This document shows, in pieces, positions 39,526 to 52,250 of a stretch of 64,000 nucleotides of DNA. Origin of the DNA: Camelus dromedarius (lineage: Eukaryota); contig NC_087438.1 of NCBI RefSeq assembly GCF_036321535.1, forward strand, positions 6,388,001-6,452,000, in the 5' to 3' direction. Position 1 is the stretch's first letter. Each line of letters begins with the position of its first letter. The position numbers and the translations under genes are program-made. The notes below the pieces were generated by a model that saw only the letters and a program-made list of their open reading frames with translations, was not told where the DNA came from and searched no databases.

Positions 39526-40055
39526 CAGCACAGAAAGAAGTCAGCATAGCACGCATGAGACAGTGACCCCAGAAGGGCCCGCCTGCGAAGCTGGCCTTCA
39601 GCTGGGTTCTGGGAGGTCGGATTTCAGGAGGGTTCCCACCGCCCTCCGAGAAGAATGGCTCACTGTGCTTGAACTGTTTCTGGAACAGGTGGTTTATGCT
39701 CAAACCTGCTTTCCTTCAAGGAGCCTGGAATTTTCGTCGGTCCCAGGCAGAAAGTGCCTATGAGACCAGTCCTCATGCAAACCCTGGGTACTGAGTCCAG
39801 GGAGCGTCCCTGGTGGACAGCGCCTCACGGGCATCATCACAATTTGTTGCTGGAGGAATGAAGCCTGTCCCGCGTGGCTCCCCTGGGAGAGGACTCTCGG
39901 GAGTTCAAGCCTGGTTTCCCCTGGGCATCCCCTAGGTGTCCTTCCTCCCGCGGACTTGGATGACTCATCCTCCATCATAAGGAACCACAGCCATGAGCAC
40001 GGCGGTGTGTGCAGTCCTGGGCGTCCTCCTGGAGAGCAACGGAAGCCCAACACAG
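39526..40055 (+). mobile_element. MER68-like ERVL LTR
   Basis: gcacagaaagaagtcagcatagc...agaagggcccgcctgcgaagctggcc...ggatttcaggagggttcccacc matches the recalled MER68 5' consensus. Confidence 0.8.
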
Positions 40056-40599
40056 TGACTTTACAAATGTGCGTGGAAGGGGGAGTTCTCAGAAGCAGAT
40101 GACCAGAAACGTGAACGGTAAGACTTTATAAGTCAACCTGAAACAATCACAACTGTGACTCCAGACTCTGGCCAGAAAAGATGGTGTGAGAGGACTGGGG
40201 GCAAGTCCCAGCTGGTCAGACACTCAGCGTCACTCAGAAACACCTTCTCAGGTCGGCCTGAGAGCTCCCGGCTCGGCGCTCAATGACCGACCACGGAACA
40301 TCAGCCTCTACTTGTTCCAGCTGGATATCGAGGCTATTTCTCCAGGACAAGGTGATGAAACTTTGTTTTTTTGTTGTTTTTGTTTTTTTTTTAATCTAGA
40401 ACTTCTGCTTAGGAAGAAGATACCAGGAAATGTGAAGTTGCTTTTAAAATAAATAAATACATAATTATATGTGGATGTGTGTCTGTGTTTATATAATTTA
40501 AAGAATCTCTTCATTAACTTAACCCAATTCCTTGTTGATAATATTACATAATGTGAATCGAGAGCTTCCAGGCAAAATAAAAGCCACTTCATAAGACTC

Positions 40600-40670
40600 T
40601 TATGAGCCTCACAATAACCCTATGAGGTACATGCCATTATCATCCTGTTTTTAATAGATGAGAAAAATCA
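40600..40670 (-). mobile_element. MIR fragment
   Basis: cctcacaataaccctatgaggta...attatcatcc...agatgagaaaa. Confidence 0.7.
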
Positions 40671-40979
40671 AATTTATTATTATTATTCAATTAAGATGGG
40701 TTATCATCAAAATTTAATTTCTAATATTTAATGATTTCTAAATCTACATTTACCAGGTCGACTTGGTAAAATTAACAAAACAATAGCAAAAGACAATTAC
40801 TATACTACGATAATGGCCTATTTACTTCTTAAGAATAAAATTTCCATTTTCCTTCTAGCATAGAATGTTTCTCTACTGGAATTAAAATATTCTTCACCTC
40901 ATTCAAGCACCTAATTTAATCCAGCCAACAGGTCCTAGTCAAAATACATCTTCCCTGCTGTTCTCAGATATGTGTATAT

Positions 40980-41193
40980 CAGGGGTCTCAACTGGGGATG
41001 AATTTGCCGCCTTGGGGACACGTGACACTATCTGGAGACATTTCTGGTTGCCACACTAGGAGGGGGAGGCTATGAGCGCCAGTGGGTAGAGGTTAGGGAT
41101 GCTGCCAGACATCCTAGAAGAAAGCCTAGGACAGTCCCAGAACGCAGAGTTATCCTCCCAAAACGTCTACTGTCCCAAAGTTGAGGAACCCTA
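40980..41193. mobile_element. MER20 hAT-Charlie element
   Basis: caggggtctcaactgggg...tctggagacatttctggttg...gttgaggaacccta; 8-bp TSD gtgtatat/gtttatat. Confidence 0.85.
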
Positions 41194-42142
41194 GTTTATA
41201 TGAATAGTAAATCCCATACCATATTGTTTTATTGATTTTCTACTGATTTATTGATTGACAGAGCTATGGAGAGACACTGAGAAACATCTGGATTCTCATA
41301 AATGTTTCTAAACAGTAAGGTAAATAGAGCCATGAAACCTGATTAAAGAGATAAAGAAATTCTACTGTCCTCGACAGGGGGGAAGGCAGCTGTTTGACAT
41401 CTGTCAGGTCACTTGACCTCTCAAGAATACTGGGGCCTCTTCAGGAAACTAAGAGGTGGCTCCTGTCTCCTTCCCTTCCCACTTGACCACCAGAGCAGCA
41501 TCAGAACTCAGGTCAAACAAGGTTCATTCTCTGGAGCAAACAGATTAATGTTGAACACACTTAAAAAAAATAATGAATACAAATAAAATTACAAAGACTC
41601 AACAAATAGAAGAAAGTAATAATAGAAAAATGAAGCAAAGATTCACCTGAACTTCAGTTAAGGTTGGAAGGACAAGAACCCAGGACTGACCCAAGCAGAG
41701 AGGCTGGGGGACACACTGGCAGTGAGTCACAGATTTGCCCCTGGGGTTTTCAATAAGGCTAGTCAAGGGGACCAGGACCTCCTAAAGGCAATAATTGGAA
41801 ACACAGCAATTGTACTGTTCCCACAGCTTTCAACCGAAGGAACACACACGTACAAAATGTCACACTTCCACTCCTTGCGAAACGGATATCAAAGAAAATC
41901 TACATTATACAACCTTTATTATTGCTAAATCCACTCAATTAATTTACATCTATTTCCAGAAACAGTGGAGTCTCAGGTGCACAGGTGCCCTGAGGCCTTG
42001 CCCACTTTCTAGCAGTCATACCTGACCAGATGGAGAGAGGGTTCCCACTGGCTCCCTGCCACGTGTTCGGAATGGTCTAAAATACACATCCCTTCATGTC
42101 ACACTGTGACTCTCCATTCCACAGCACAAAACCTAAATTCCT

Positions 42143-42643
42143 AGTGGTAGGTACAATGAAGTTGTCCAGACCCTAATGTTGGAACCTGAGAACACAAAGT
42201 TACGTGGAAAAGGGGGAATTTGGGTTGCAGATGGACTTAGGTTGCTAATCAGTTGACTTTGAAATGAGGAGATTATCCTGGATTACCCTGTGAGTCCAAT
42301 GTAATCACAAGAGTCCTGGTCAGTAAAGGAGAGAGACGCAGGAGGGTCAGAGTCAGAACAAGAGATGTGAGCAACAAAGCAGAGGTCAGAGTGATGAGAT
42401 CGCTACCCTGCAGATGGAAGAGGGCCCTGGGCCTCCAGGAATATTAGAAACACCCAGAAGCTGGGAGCGGCAAAGAAACAGATAAGGTCCCGAGAGCCTC
42501 CAGAAGGAACACAGCCCTGCCGATAGCTCATTTTTACCTATTTTGAATTTCTGACATCCTGAAGGGTAAGATACAAATTTCACACTGTTTTAAGCCACTA
42601 AGTATGGGGTAACTTGTTACAGCAGCAACAGAAAACTAATGCA
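42143..42643 (+). mobile_element. MLT1 (MLT1D-like) solo LTR
   Basis: gagattatcctggatta...gagcctccagaaggaacacagccctg...gttacagcagcaacagaaaactaatgca; TSD ttcct/ctcct. Confidence 0.85.
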
Positions 42644-42647
42644 CTCC

Positions 42648-43249
42648 TAATTTGGTTTTCTATTGCTTTCTAACAAGTTGTCATAAACTTAGAGGCTTAA
42701 AGGAATACCCAGTTAGTAGCTCATGGGTCTCGTGGGTCAGAAGTCCAGATATGGATTAGCTCTGCTTAGGATCTCAAAGCCTGAAGTCAGGGTGTCAGCT
42801 GGGATTGAGATGTCTTCTGAGGCTCAGGATCCTCTTGCAAACTGACTAGTTGTGGCAAAATTCAGTTCCTTGTGGTTATAGGACTGAAGTGCTCTGCTCC
42901 CAGGGGCTGCTCATCACCCTTTGCCATGTGGTCCTCTCCACAACACGGAAGGGAGTTTGCCTCTCCAAGGTCAACAGCAGAGCATCTGGCGCTCCTTGGA
43001 GTCCCTTTTAAGGGAGCTCATGGTTAGGCCAAGCCCACCTAGGATAATCTCCCTTTTCATTAACTTATACTCAACTGATTAGTGTTAATTATATCAGCAA
43101 AATCCCTTTACTATATAAGGTAACCTGATTATGGACGTGAACCCCATTACATTAACAGTGCTGCCCACTCTCCACAAGACAGGATTAGATAGGGTAAGTT
43201 CCACCGAGGGCAGAATGCTGGGAGCCATCTTAGAATTCCCTCTACCACA
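42648..43249 (-). mobile_element. MLT1 (MLT1E/F-like) solo LTR, tail-to-tail with the previous LTR
   Basis: ggttttctattgc...aaacttagaggcttaaa...gggtcagaagtcc...gccatcttagaattccctctaccaca. Confidence 0.8.
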
Positions 43250-45339
43250 CTCTTCAGCTGGGAAAACTAGGTACTTTGCCTCCTTGCCCTTGACAACTTA
43301 TCTTTAACCAAATCATCCAACACAGGCAAGTTGTAAGCTACTGTCCTGGATATGCTCATTGCTACAAAGAACACATGTAACCTCAGGCATCCCTCTCTTT
43401 CCAGTGACCACCCCCAAGTGCTTCCCCCAGCTGCCCCTTAACCTTCTCAGAGTGCTCAAACTTCACCTCATTTCCATGGTCAAAGTATCTAGCACAGAAC
43501 GTGGGGTGCATGGGATTAATTATTATGCACCTTAATGCACATAGATCCAGGTTTTACTACAAAATATGTATGTAATGATTTTGTCTGTATCAAAATCTGT
43601 TTTCCTGATTGAATACTCCAAGTCCAAATGAAAGCACACTGTAACGCACATCTAGCCAGGCAATCATTTTCAGGAGACTATAAAACAGTAGCTAATATAG
43701 AATTCTGAAAGAAATTAATAGTGACAAGGGGAAAGCAAAAGACCTTCATTTTCATAATGTAAACTCAAACCTAGATTTGCTTGCTTGAAAAGTATCAGTG
43801 CAGACACATCCTGAATGAATTATGCAGAGAAAGCGGCCATATGGGAGTTGGCACTGCGCCTGCGAATACGGAAAGACCAGAATATAATTACTTTCATTCC
43901 TTTTTTAGGACGGATTGAGTTGATTCAAATTAGACACCATATACCCATTATAATTGACAATCACTAGTGATGGAATTTTTTTTTCCCTTTATTTTTTAAC
44001 TCAAGAACTCTTTCTTAGGGTAAAATTTTAAGGAAATCAGAAGTGGAACAGACTCCCTGATCATGGGCTAGTGTGAGCCTGGAATGCTTTTATGTAAAAT
44101 GAAGAACAGCCTTCTTACTTGTTCTTGGGGTTTTTGGCTGGAAGGAGCCACCGGTACAAAACAGATATGCTTTAATAAATAGCGTTCCTTGTGCCAACAC
44201 GCGACACGTGGCTTCAATTACAGCTCTGCTCCAGCACTGGGGGAGGGAAGGAGCAGTCCTCACAGCCAAGCCTCAGGAAACGTGATGACAGCCCGGAAGA
44301 CGGCTCTCCCCTCTGCCAGGCAGACACCCTCTGCCAGTCTGGGGAAGCCAGCCCCGCAAGACAGCTCGCGTTTTCTAATAACTCTAGTCTAATAATAACT
44401 CCAAAGTAGAGGAAGGCAGAAGGAAACATCTGCGGTTGTGTGCTAAATTCCTCACGCCTCCAGCACCTCCCAAGCCCCTTCCCTTTAATTAGAAGCATTT
44501 ACACCCCATTGCACAGGCTCCTTTCCCTCCCATCCACTGCCTAAGACGCCTTCCCCTCGAGTAAGAATGCTGGGCATCTCTTGTTAGAAAATGTCCCTGC
44601 CCACAAAACGCTTGTGCTCCAGGATGCAGCTAATCTAACTCCATCCTGTGGGGCTGGATTCTGCAAACTATCTTGGAGGGCATCCCAAGCATCAGTCACT
44701 GAGCTGGGAACCAGCCAAGACGGCAGCCTCTGGGAGTCAGCTTGAAAGGCCAAAAATGCTCAGAGCTCTTCCTCCCCCAAAGCAGCACGGGATTAACAAA
44801 GAACTCCTTACTTAGTCCCTCAACATACTAATGTCCAAATTAAACACATCCTTTAACTCAAGCCATAGTCACCCAGTTAAAGCTATGAATCATGAGACTC
44901 AAAACCAGCCAGCCTCGGTTCTTCTCTAAGCCAAACTTAAACATCAGCCCGCAAGTTTCCACAACAGCTGTTTCCGGGTGCCTGATCCACCTCTCTGCCA
45001 AACGGTGACGGTGCCCTCTGATGCCTGGACGGCTGCTCCCGGGAGCAGCGGTGAAGAGCATTCTCCCAGGGAGGTCTCAGAGCTATCTTCTCACCTGTGG
45101 ATGAATCACGACCCACATGCTCTGCTGGGGGCTGCTTCGTGGGGAGTGGAAAAAATACTATCCAAAAAAAAAATGGATGCTTCCAAGAAAATTGAGACAG
45201 GAGGTATGAGCTTTGAGGCAAATCTTCTATAGCGTTACATTAATGATATTTCTCTCTGTAGAAAGCTTCCAAGAATACTAGGGATTTGTTCCACCACTTT
45301 GACAAAATACAGGTGCTAAATTAAGGTGCTGAATTCTCT

Positions 45340-45450
45340 CTCTATATATGTATGTATATGCATGACTGGGACACTGTGCTGTACACCAGAAATTGACACA
45401 CTGTAGCTGACTGAACTTCAATAAAATATATAAGATAAAAAAATAAAAAG
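45340..45450 (+). mobile_element. L1 3' stub (camelid-type)
   Basis: gtatatgcatgactgggacactgtgctgtacaccagaaattgacac...cttcaataaaa plus A-rich tail. Confidence 0.82.
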
Positions 45451-46764
45451 ATTACAAAGAGCTCTCTCATGAGGCTATATTTGAAAATACACCTGTGTTC
45501 CATGTTGGTAGGTTACCCTCACATGGTTGCATCCATGTAAGGTCAAATTTTCAAATCTTTACAATGCTTAAAGAGCTGATTTAACAACAACAGAAAAAAT
45601 TGTAAGGAATAGTTTTCCCTACCATTTTACTGACAGCTTTATTCTCCACAGATGCTGGTGCCCACCCCCATTCTTCTTTCCATCTCTCAGTCTACTATGT
45701 TAAGAAGGGTAAACACTCTTTCTCTGCAGTCTGGTTTGGAATTCTCACCTACTGCTTTGGGCAACGGAGCAGACATTTGTGGTTTTTCTCCTCAAATCAC
45801 CATGCTCACTGCCAGGGAGGCACCCCTTCAAGGAGTGGCCCCAAAAGACACAGTCTTACTGAGTCTGCTTCCTGGTCGTAGCTGGTTGGACCACGCACGG
45901 GCCGTCGATCTATTCCACTCTGAGTAAGGTATTCCTTAGTCTTTTGCTTTCATACGTCATTTATTCGAATGTTCATATTTGAACATTCTCCTTCTCTCTC
46001 TTACACACACACACATATACACAATTAAGACTGAAAAACAGTAAACTGATGTCTGCTAATATGGGAACTAAAGCCAACCAGCATAGAAGGAAATAATACT
46101 TGATAAGACAAATGAGAGCCTCCGGAGACCTGTCTGGGGCCAGAGCCCTCTGGCATCCTGGCCCCGTGCTCACTTTGGAACCTTTGATTTTTGAACACGT
46201 TCCCCTTTTTCAGTTGCTGTCAAAACATTCACAGCCAATTTCAGCCCATTGCTTCTGTTCTCCACGCACCCTACACTGTGGAAGAGACAGCACACACCCC
46301 GAGAGGCCAGCAGCGCAGGAGACCTGGAACTCACGGGTCAGTGACCCGTTTTCCTGTTCCCTCATCCACCTCCATTTCATACCAAGACAGGCACATGTGC
46401 ACACAGGCACAAACACACGTGCACCCTCCCAAATGAAATGAACAGGGGTGTTCATTTTTATATTAACTTAGCAGCATGATCTGAAAAATACCAACATTAG
46501 CTAAGTTAATTAAATATCTGTTAGGTGGTTTCAGAATCAGCAAAAGTATCAAAGACTATTTTTAGGTTTCATACAACACACTAAATATTATTCAATTCAC
46601 AGACTAGACACCCAAGTTCTTTTTATACATATGTAGATCTTAACAGCCAAGTATTTCTTTGTACACTGTAATTATTTTAGATGAATATAACTAGGAGTTT
46701 TCCCTAAATAGAATTTAAATAATAATTTAAATGGCAAAGGTTGATAATTTCTTCCATGGTAAAG

Positions 46765-47478
46765 ATTTTTTTTGAGGGATTATTTATTTATTATTATTTT
46801 TTTTTGCATTCATTTAATTTTAATTTTAATTTTTTTAACTTTTTTACAATGTGCTCAAATTCCATTGTAGAGCACAATTTTTCAGTTATACGTGAACACA
46901 CATATACTCATTGTCACATTTTTTTTTCACTGTGAGCTACCACAAGATCTTGTATATATTTCCCTGTGCTATACAGTATAATCTTGTTTATCTATTATGC
47001 ATGTCTGTCAGTACCTACAAATTTTGAAATCCCAGTCTGTCCCTTCCCACCCCCAACTCCCTTGGCAACAAGTTTGTATTCTATGTCTTTGAGTCTGTTT
47101 CTGTTTTGTATTTATGTTCTTTTTTTTTTTTTAAATTCTACATATGAGCGATCTCATATGGTATTTTTCTTTCTCTTTCTGGCTTACTTCACTTAGAATG
47201 ACTTTCTCCAGGAACATCCATGTTGCTGCAAATCGCGTTGTCAGTTTTTATGGCTGAATAGTATTCCATTGTATAAATACACCACAGCTTCTTTATCCAG
47301 TCATCTGTTGATGGACATTTAGGCTGTTTCCATGTCTTAGCTATTGTAAATAGTGCTGCTATGAACACTGGGGTGCAGGTGTCTTTTTGAAGTAGGGTTC
47401 CTTCTGGATATATGCCCAGGAGTGGGATGACTGGGTCATGTGGTAAGTCTATTCCTAGTCTTTTGAGGAATCTCCATG
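46765..47478 (-). mobile_element. 5'-truncated L1 (3' UTR and ORF2 end)
   Basis: T-rich tail, then antisense L1: tttatggctgaatagtattccattgt...atgaacactggggtgcaggtgtc...gcccaggagtggga...tttgaggaatctccat. Confidence 0.9.
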
Positions 47479-47559
47479 AAGTTTGTAATTTATATGCCCT
47501 TAAAAACTATGCTTTTGAAAGAAATGATATCCATTTCCCAACGCTGTGTTACTTGAGTT

Positions 47560-47776
47560 CAGAAATTAGCAAACCACAGCTAGCAGGCCAATCTGGCCCA
47601 CCTATTATTATAAATAAAGTTTTATTTATACAACCATCTCTATTCATTCACACATTGTCTGAGGCTGGTTTTGCACCACAGTGGCAGAGCTGATTCATTG
47701 CACCAGAGATCACATGGACTGCAAAACATCCAAATTCACTATCTGGTCCATTACAGGAAAAAATTGCTAACTTTTG
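47560..47776. mobile_element. MER58A-like hAT-Charlie element
   Basis: ggccaatctggccc...aaataaagttttatt...ggcagagctga...tactatctgg-like segment...ttacaggaaaaaattgctaac. Confidence 0.8.
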
Positions 47777-48990
47777 CATTTGTTAAATATGATGAAGCAC
47801 TTTGAAAATATTTTTGCCTCAAAATTTAACTTAAAAAATGTACATGCCATCCTATTCAGTCAACCTCAATTAAAAATGTGGATTCTGAAAATGTCTCTTC
47901 AGAACCACTGATGGATGGAGAGAACTAGCAGGTGATACAAGGCAAACTGAAAAGAAACACAGGGCATATACACTGGGTTCTTACATCAAAGTGAAATACT
48001 TCCAAAACCTGGGAAAATCATCAAGTACCTTTATAGGATACTTTATTAACCAAGGGTCCTATAAGAAATGCATCATAACAGAAGGGAATTGTAGGAAAGT
48101 TTAATAGGAGAACTATAGATAAAAATACAAGTGAATAGGTGGAAACACAAGTCCCCAGTGGCTACTAAGGGGTCCACATGGACGATGAGAGAGGACCAGC
48201 ATCATAAAAAGAGAGCCAGGCAGCACAGAGCACTGTATTCTGAGTCCTTGGGAAGCTGACCTTTGGTCAACAGCCACAGCCAGTCCAAGGTGACCCTATG
48301 GAGGCAAGTGAAGGGAGTGATAACCCTAGCCTCCCCCTCCTCTCTGACAAAGTTCCATGTGACTTCTCTCCACAGGCCCCATCCAACCAGGTGCTTGAAG
48401 GCACAGGAGTATGGAAATGGTCCATGCAGCAGGGCCCACTGGAGAAGGGAAAAGCACACTGGGAGGGGCAAGAGAAGGTGCCCAGCACGGGTACATGTTC
48501 TTTCACGGGTGAAGAAACAGGAGAAAATAAATGAGAAGCCATTCTCAGTGGTGTCTGTTTTTCGAGCAAGTAAAATCTCACAAATGAAATTTATTTTCTA
48601 AAACCAAGATAAGACCAAGAGTGATTCTTTTTTCCAACATTAAACTAAAAAACAATTTACCAAAAATGGGTTGCATAATAAAGTAGCTGGAACCAAAAAG
48701 TTGTCTTGATGAGATTACAGTTAACCTGGCAGTAGGGAATTCACAAGTTTTAAACTAGATCTCATTCATGTCATGTAATATCTGAAAAGAAGTAAAAATG
48801 ACAGAAGAAAAAGTAGAGAACATTTAATTATGTTCTCCAAACAAAATTTTTGTTATCTAAAAAATATTTTTTAATTAAATGGCTTTCTGCTGGAAAGAGA
48901 ATTCTACCTGAAATAATACTGTAATCAATTGTTTAAGCTTGTTAGACACCAGTATGTGGTCTTTGTAAAACATCTTTAACACGACTCTAC

Positions 48991-50215
48991 CAGTATTTCC
49001 CAAATGTTTGTTCATATTCTCTTATCAGTAAAACTTTTGACATTTACTCTCTATCCATGTATATTTCACCATTTAAATATTAAAAGCACATACAACTGTG
49101 CATGTGTATATGTATATTTTCATTACATTTTAAAAGAATTAAAGATATAATGAAAGATATTATAGGAGAAACATTATATTTTAATTGAATAAGTTTTTCT
49201 AAATCTTGGTACAATAATTTATGATATAGTGATTTAAAACTCTGTTTAGAGAATCTGTATTTACATTCAGTTTATTTAGATTTTTAGTTTAAAACAGTTA
49301 TAAAGTAGACACCTCAGACAGACATGCAAATCCAATAGTCAAATCCTTGACTATTCTTAACTAAATTTTGATTTACTATTTTTTTCAAACCCATCTTCTG
49401 ATTAGATGATATTTTGTTGAAACTTGTCTAGTACTTTTCCATCCTCACTGATGTCAAAATCTCCTGCTTGAAAATTCATAAGAAAAGTTTTAAATGAACA
49501 CTAAAACCCTCCAATTGAAAGTTTTACAAAACTTAAAAGTATCTTAGAAGTATCTGTAAGAATGCTTTAAAAAGAATTTTCTAAAATTCCAAATCTAAAG
49601 CATGGATAAAGTCATTATTATAGTGACACTTTATTTCATTTTCAACAACAAATTCATGTAAAGATGGAAGTATTTCAAAGTGTCTGATTAAAAAAATCAG
49701 TTTTCCAAGGTGGAAGATGCGGGCCCCAGACCTCCTGGCTCAGGGGGTCACTGGCCCCCTCCTTGGCTCTGCTCCAGTCAGGCTTGGCTGAGTCCCCTTC
49801 AGGAAATGCTCTGACAGAGACACTCATATTATTAATAGCAGTGACAAAAAAAAGTAGAACTACTCCAAAAAAAAAAATCAGTTTTCCATTGCATAAGTTT
49901 TTTAAAAAACTGATTCTGTTTCACTCATTCTTGAAATAAAAAGATTATATTTTTACCCAAAACATCCTATTTATCACACTATTGAAAATCACAAAGTTCA
50001 GCAAAGGGGACCACTTCTCTCTTAACAAAGGATGGATGGCTGGCTGGATGGCTGGATGGACACACATTCATATATTTGTGTATACATATATGTATATATG
50101 TTAAGTTTGATCAATTTTTAATATGTTAGTATGAAAACTGAAAAAATATGTTGCCACTAAATACTTTAGAACGTCTCTATGAAACACAAAGCAACGGTCC
50201 CCAACACTTCATAAC
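48991..50215 (-). mobile_element. hAT-Charlie autonomous-element fossil (transposase C-terminal remnants)
   Basis: TIR-like cagtatttcccaaa. The minus strand near 49250-49470 translates with stops as ...DISEDGKVLDKFQQ... and ...CLSEVS...TKNLNKLN..., resembling the hAT dimerisation domain of Charlie transposases. Confidence 0.6.
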
Positions 50216-50571
50216 AGAACATTATGAAGATCCTACCACACAAATAACATATGGCAAAAATCCAGTTTACTGGCACCTGTAAACCAAAATCCTTCCCCAT
50301 TTGTCCGCGATTCCCTCAGGATACCCCTGAAACTGACTCTGACGTGTGTCAGCAGCTTGAAATATTGAGAGAGCCAGGGCACCTGCATCAACCTGCATAT
50401 TAATATAAGTAAATACTACCCTGCTTACTTTTGTGTAAGAATAATAGAAACACAAATTCTAGGGTTTCTTCCCATCCATTTTTGAAATCACTGCTTTTTT
50501 GTCATTGTTAAAAATTAAGACTCTTGGTCAATGGGGTCAGACTCCATGGGAGGTGAAGTCACAGACACAGG

Positions 50572-51246
50572 GAGTGGCAGACTGTGCTCCACAGATGGCC
50601 CCGCAGGGTCTCCCTCCACAGGCCCTTCTGTCACGTGACCTGCAGATCCCCGTCCAGAACTGGAGTCCAGTTCTCCACAACTCGGAATCCCTACAGCCTG
50701 TGACTGCTTTGACCAACGGAATAGGACAGAAGTGATCCTGTCCTTGCTAGTTCCCTGCTCAGCCTTAACTGGCCTGGGGGCCCACTTCTTGCCTCCTGGA
50801 GCCAGATGCCCTGTCAGAAGTAGGGCTGTCCTGAGCGCAGTGGGCGGGGCCGTGGAGAATGAAATGACAAGGCGGTAGATGAGAAGTGGGGGGGGGGCGA
50901 GAGAGGGAGGGAGAGACAAGAAGAGGGAGAAGAAAAAGAAGGAGGAGAAGAAGAAAGGGGGAAAGGGGAGGAGGGAGAAGGAAAAGAAAGGAGGAGGGGG
51001 AGGAGGAGGGAGAGGAGAGAGAGAACCCAAGGAGCAATGACGTGCAGACAAGCGACACACTGAGGCACCAGCCTGAGTAAGGAACTTCCAGCCCCAGCTG
51101 CCTCCGTCTGATGCCATGACAATCAGACATTCCAACCAAGGTTTCTGGATCCTGATTCACAAAGTTGTAAGCAACATAAAACAGTCGTTTTAAACCACTA
51201 CGTTTTTCAGTAGTTTTAGGCAGCAATCAATAGCCAATTGAAGCAA
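50572..51246 (+). mobile_element. MLT1 (MLT1E/F/G-like) LTR with an internal GA-rich expansion
   Basis: gtggcagactg...agatggccc...gtgactgctttgaccaa...gttttaaaccacta...gcagcaat. Confidence 0.75.
50880..51025. repeat. Polypurine (GA-rich) tract
   Basis: About 145 nt almost entirely G/A on the + strand. Confidence 0.9.
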
Positions 51247-51689
51247 GGAATAATTATTCTGCCACCACTCCGGGTGTCCAGTAGGGACCCCCGCCCTCCT
51301 AGTCCCAGGTGCACAGGCCAAGCTCACCCTCCCATGGGGTCGGCGCTCAGCCCGCAGCACTGGAGACAGGCTGTGTTTCACCAGCCCGCCCAGGCTGGGC
51401 AGAACCACACCTGGAGCGGGGACAGTAGTGACTCTCAGAAGACGCCAAACATGAAAATAACGTTTTTAAATGGATGCAGCGTTTAAGCCCCCTTCTCCCT
51501 TAGCAAATGCCTTTTGCTTCAAATTTACAAACATATTCTGTGAGTCTCCCAATCCATTTATGGTCTTGATCTTAAAATATAGCAGTTAATAGTACAGCCT
51601 TGATTCGCAAAGTTCACAATTACAACCATAAAACGAAAGTGACACCAATGTCAGTGTTAATGACACGCCAGGCTGCTTGCACTGAGTAT

Positions 51690-51800
51690 GATCTGCATTA
51701 ACTCATCGAAAAAACCTGAGGAAGGCATTAGGATTATTCCAAAGAGGAAACTGAGACACGGTGAGTTTCAGTAACTTGCCCAAGGGCACACACCTCGGAG
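51690..51800 (-). mobile_element. MIR SINE
   Basis: gaggaaactgagacacggtgag...agtaacttgcccaagggcacaca. Confidence 0.75.
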
Positions 51801-52066
51801 AATCTTTTCCAAAACTCTCTTTACATTGCCGCGAGGCACTAACACAGTTGTAGATGAAATGCCAGATAACTTAACTTTGCTGAATTTATAGGAAGATTAA
51901 CTACTCTAGAATTACTTGTAAGTTTAAACAGTTTTCATGGTACTTTATTAAACAAAAACTAGCATGGAAAAATATTATTTGAATTTCCTGGGTAATATAA
52001 TGAGTCTTCAACTGCCTGTATCGTGTGAGCAATTCCAAATGCTAAGCAATCACTGTTAGTGTCTAC

Positions 52067-52250
52067 CAGTGGCTCTCAACTGGGGGCAATGTTGTCCCCC
52101 TCCCGCTCCAGGGAACATATGGAAATGTCTGGGGATGTTTTGGTTGTCATAACTTGGGGGGGGGAGGACGAGGCATGTACAGACAGCCCCTCCACCCCAT
52201 CACAAGAAAGCATCCTCTGGCCCAAAATATCAACAGTGCAGGAAACCTTG
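52067..52250. mobile_element. MER20 hAT-Charlie element
   Basis: cagtggctctcaactgggggcaat...aatgtctggggatgttttggttgtcataact...tggcccaaaatatcaacagtgc. Confidence 0.82.

Noticed and set aside
50515..51226. Longest ORFs in the track (206 and 153 aa)
   Set aside because: They run through an MLT1 LTR and a GA-rich tract lacking stop codons; the peptides are P/S/F/L low complexity.
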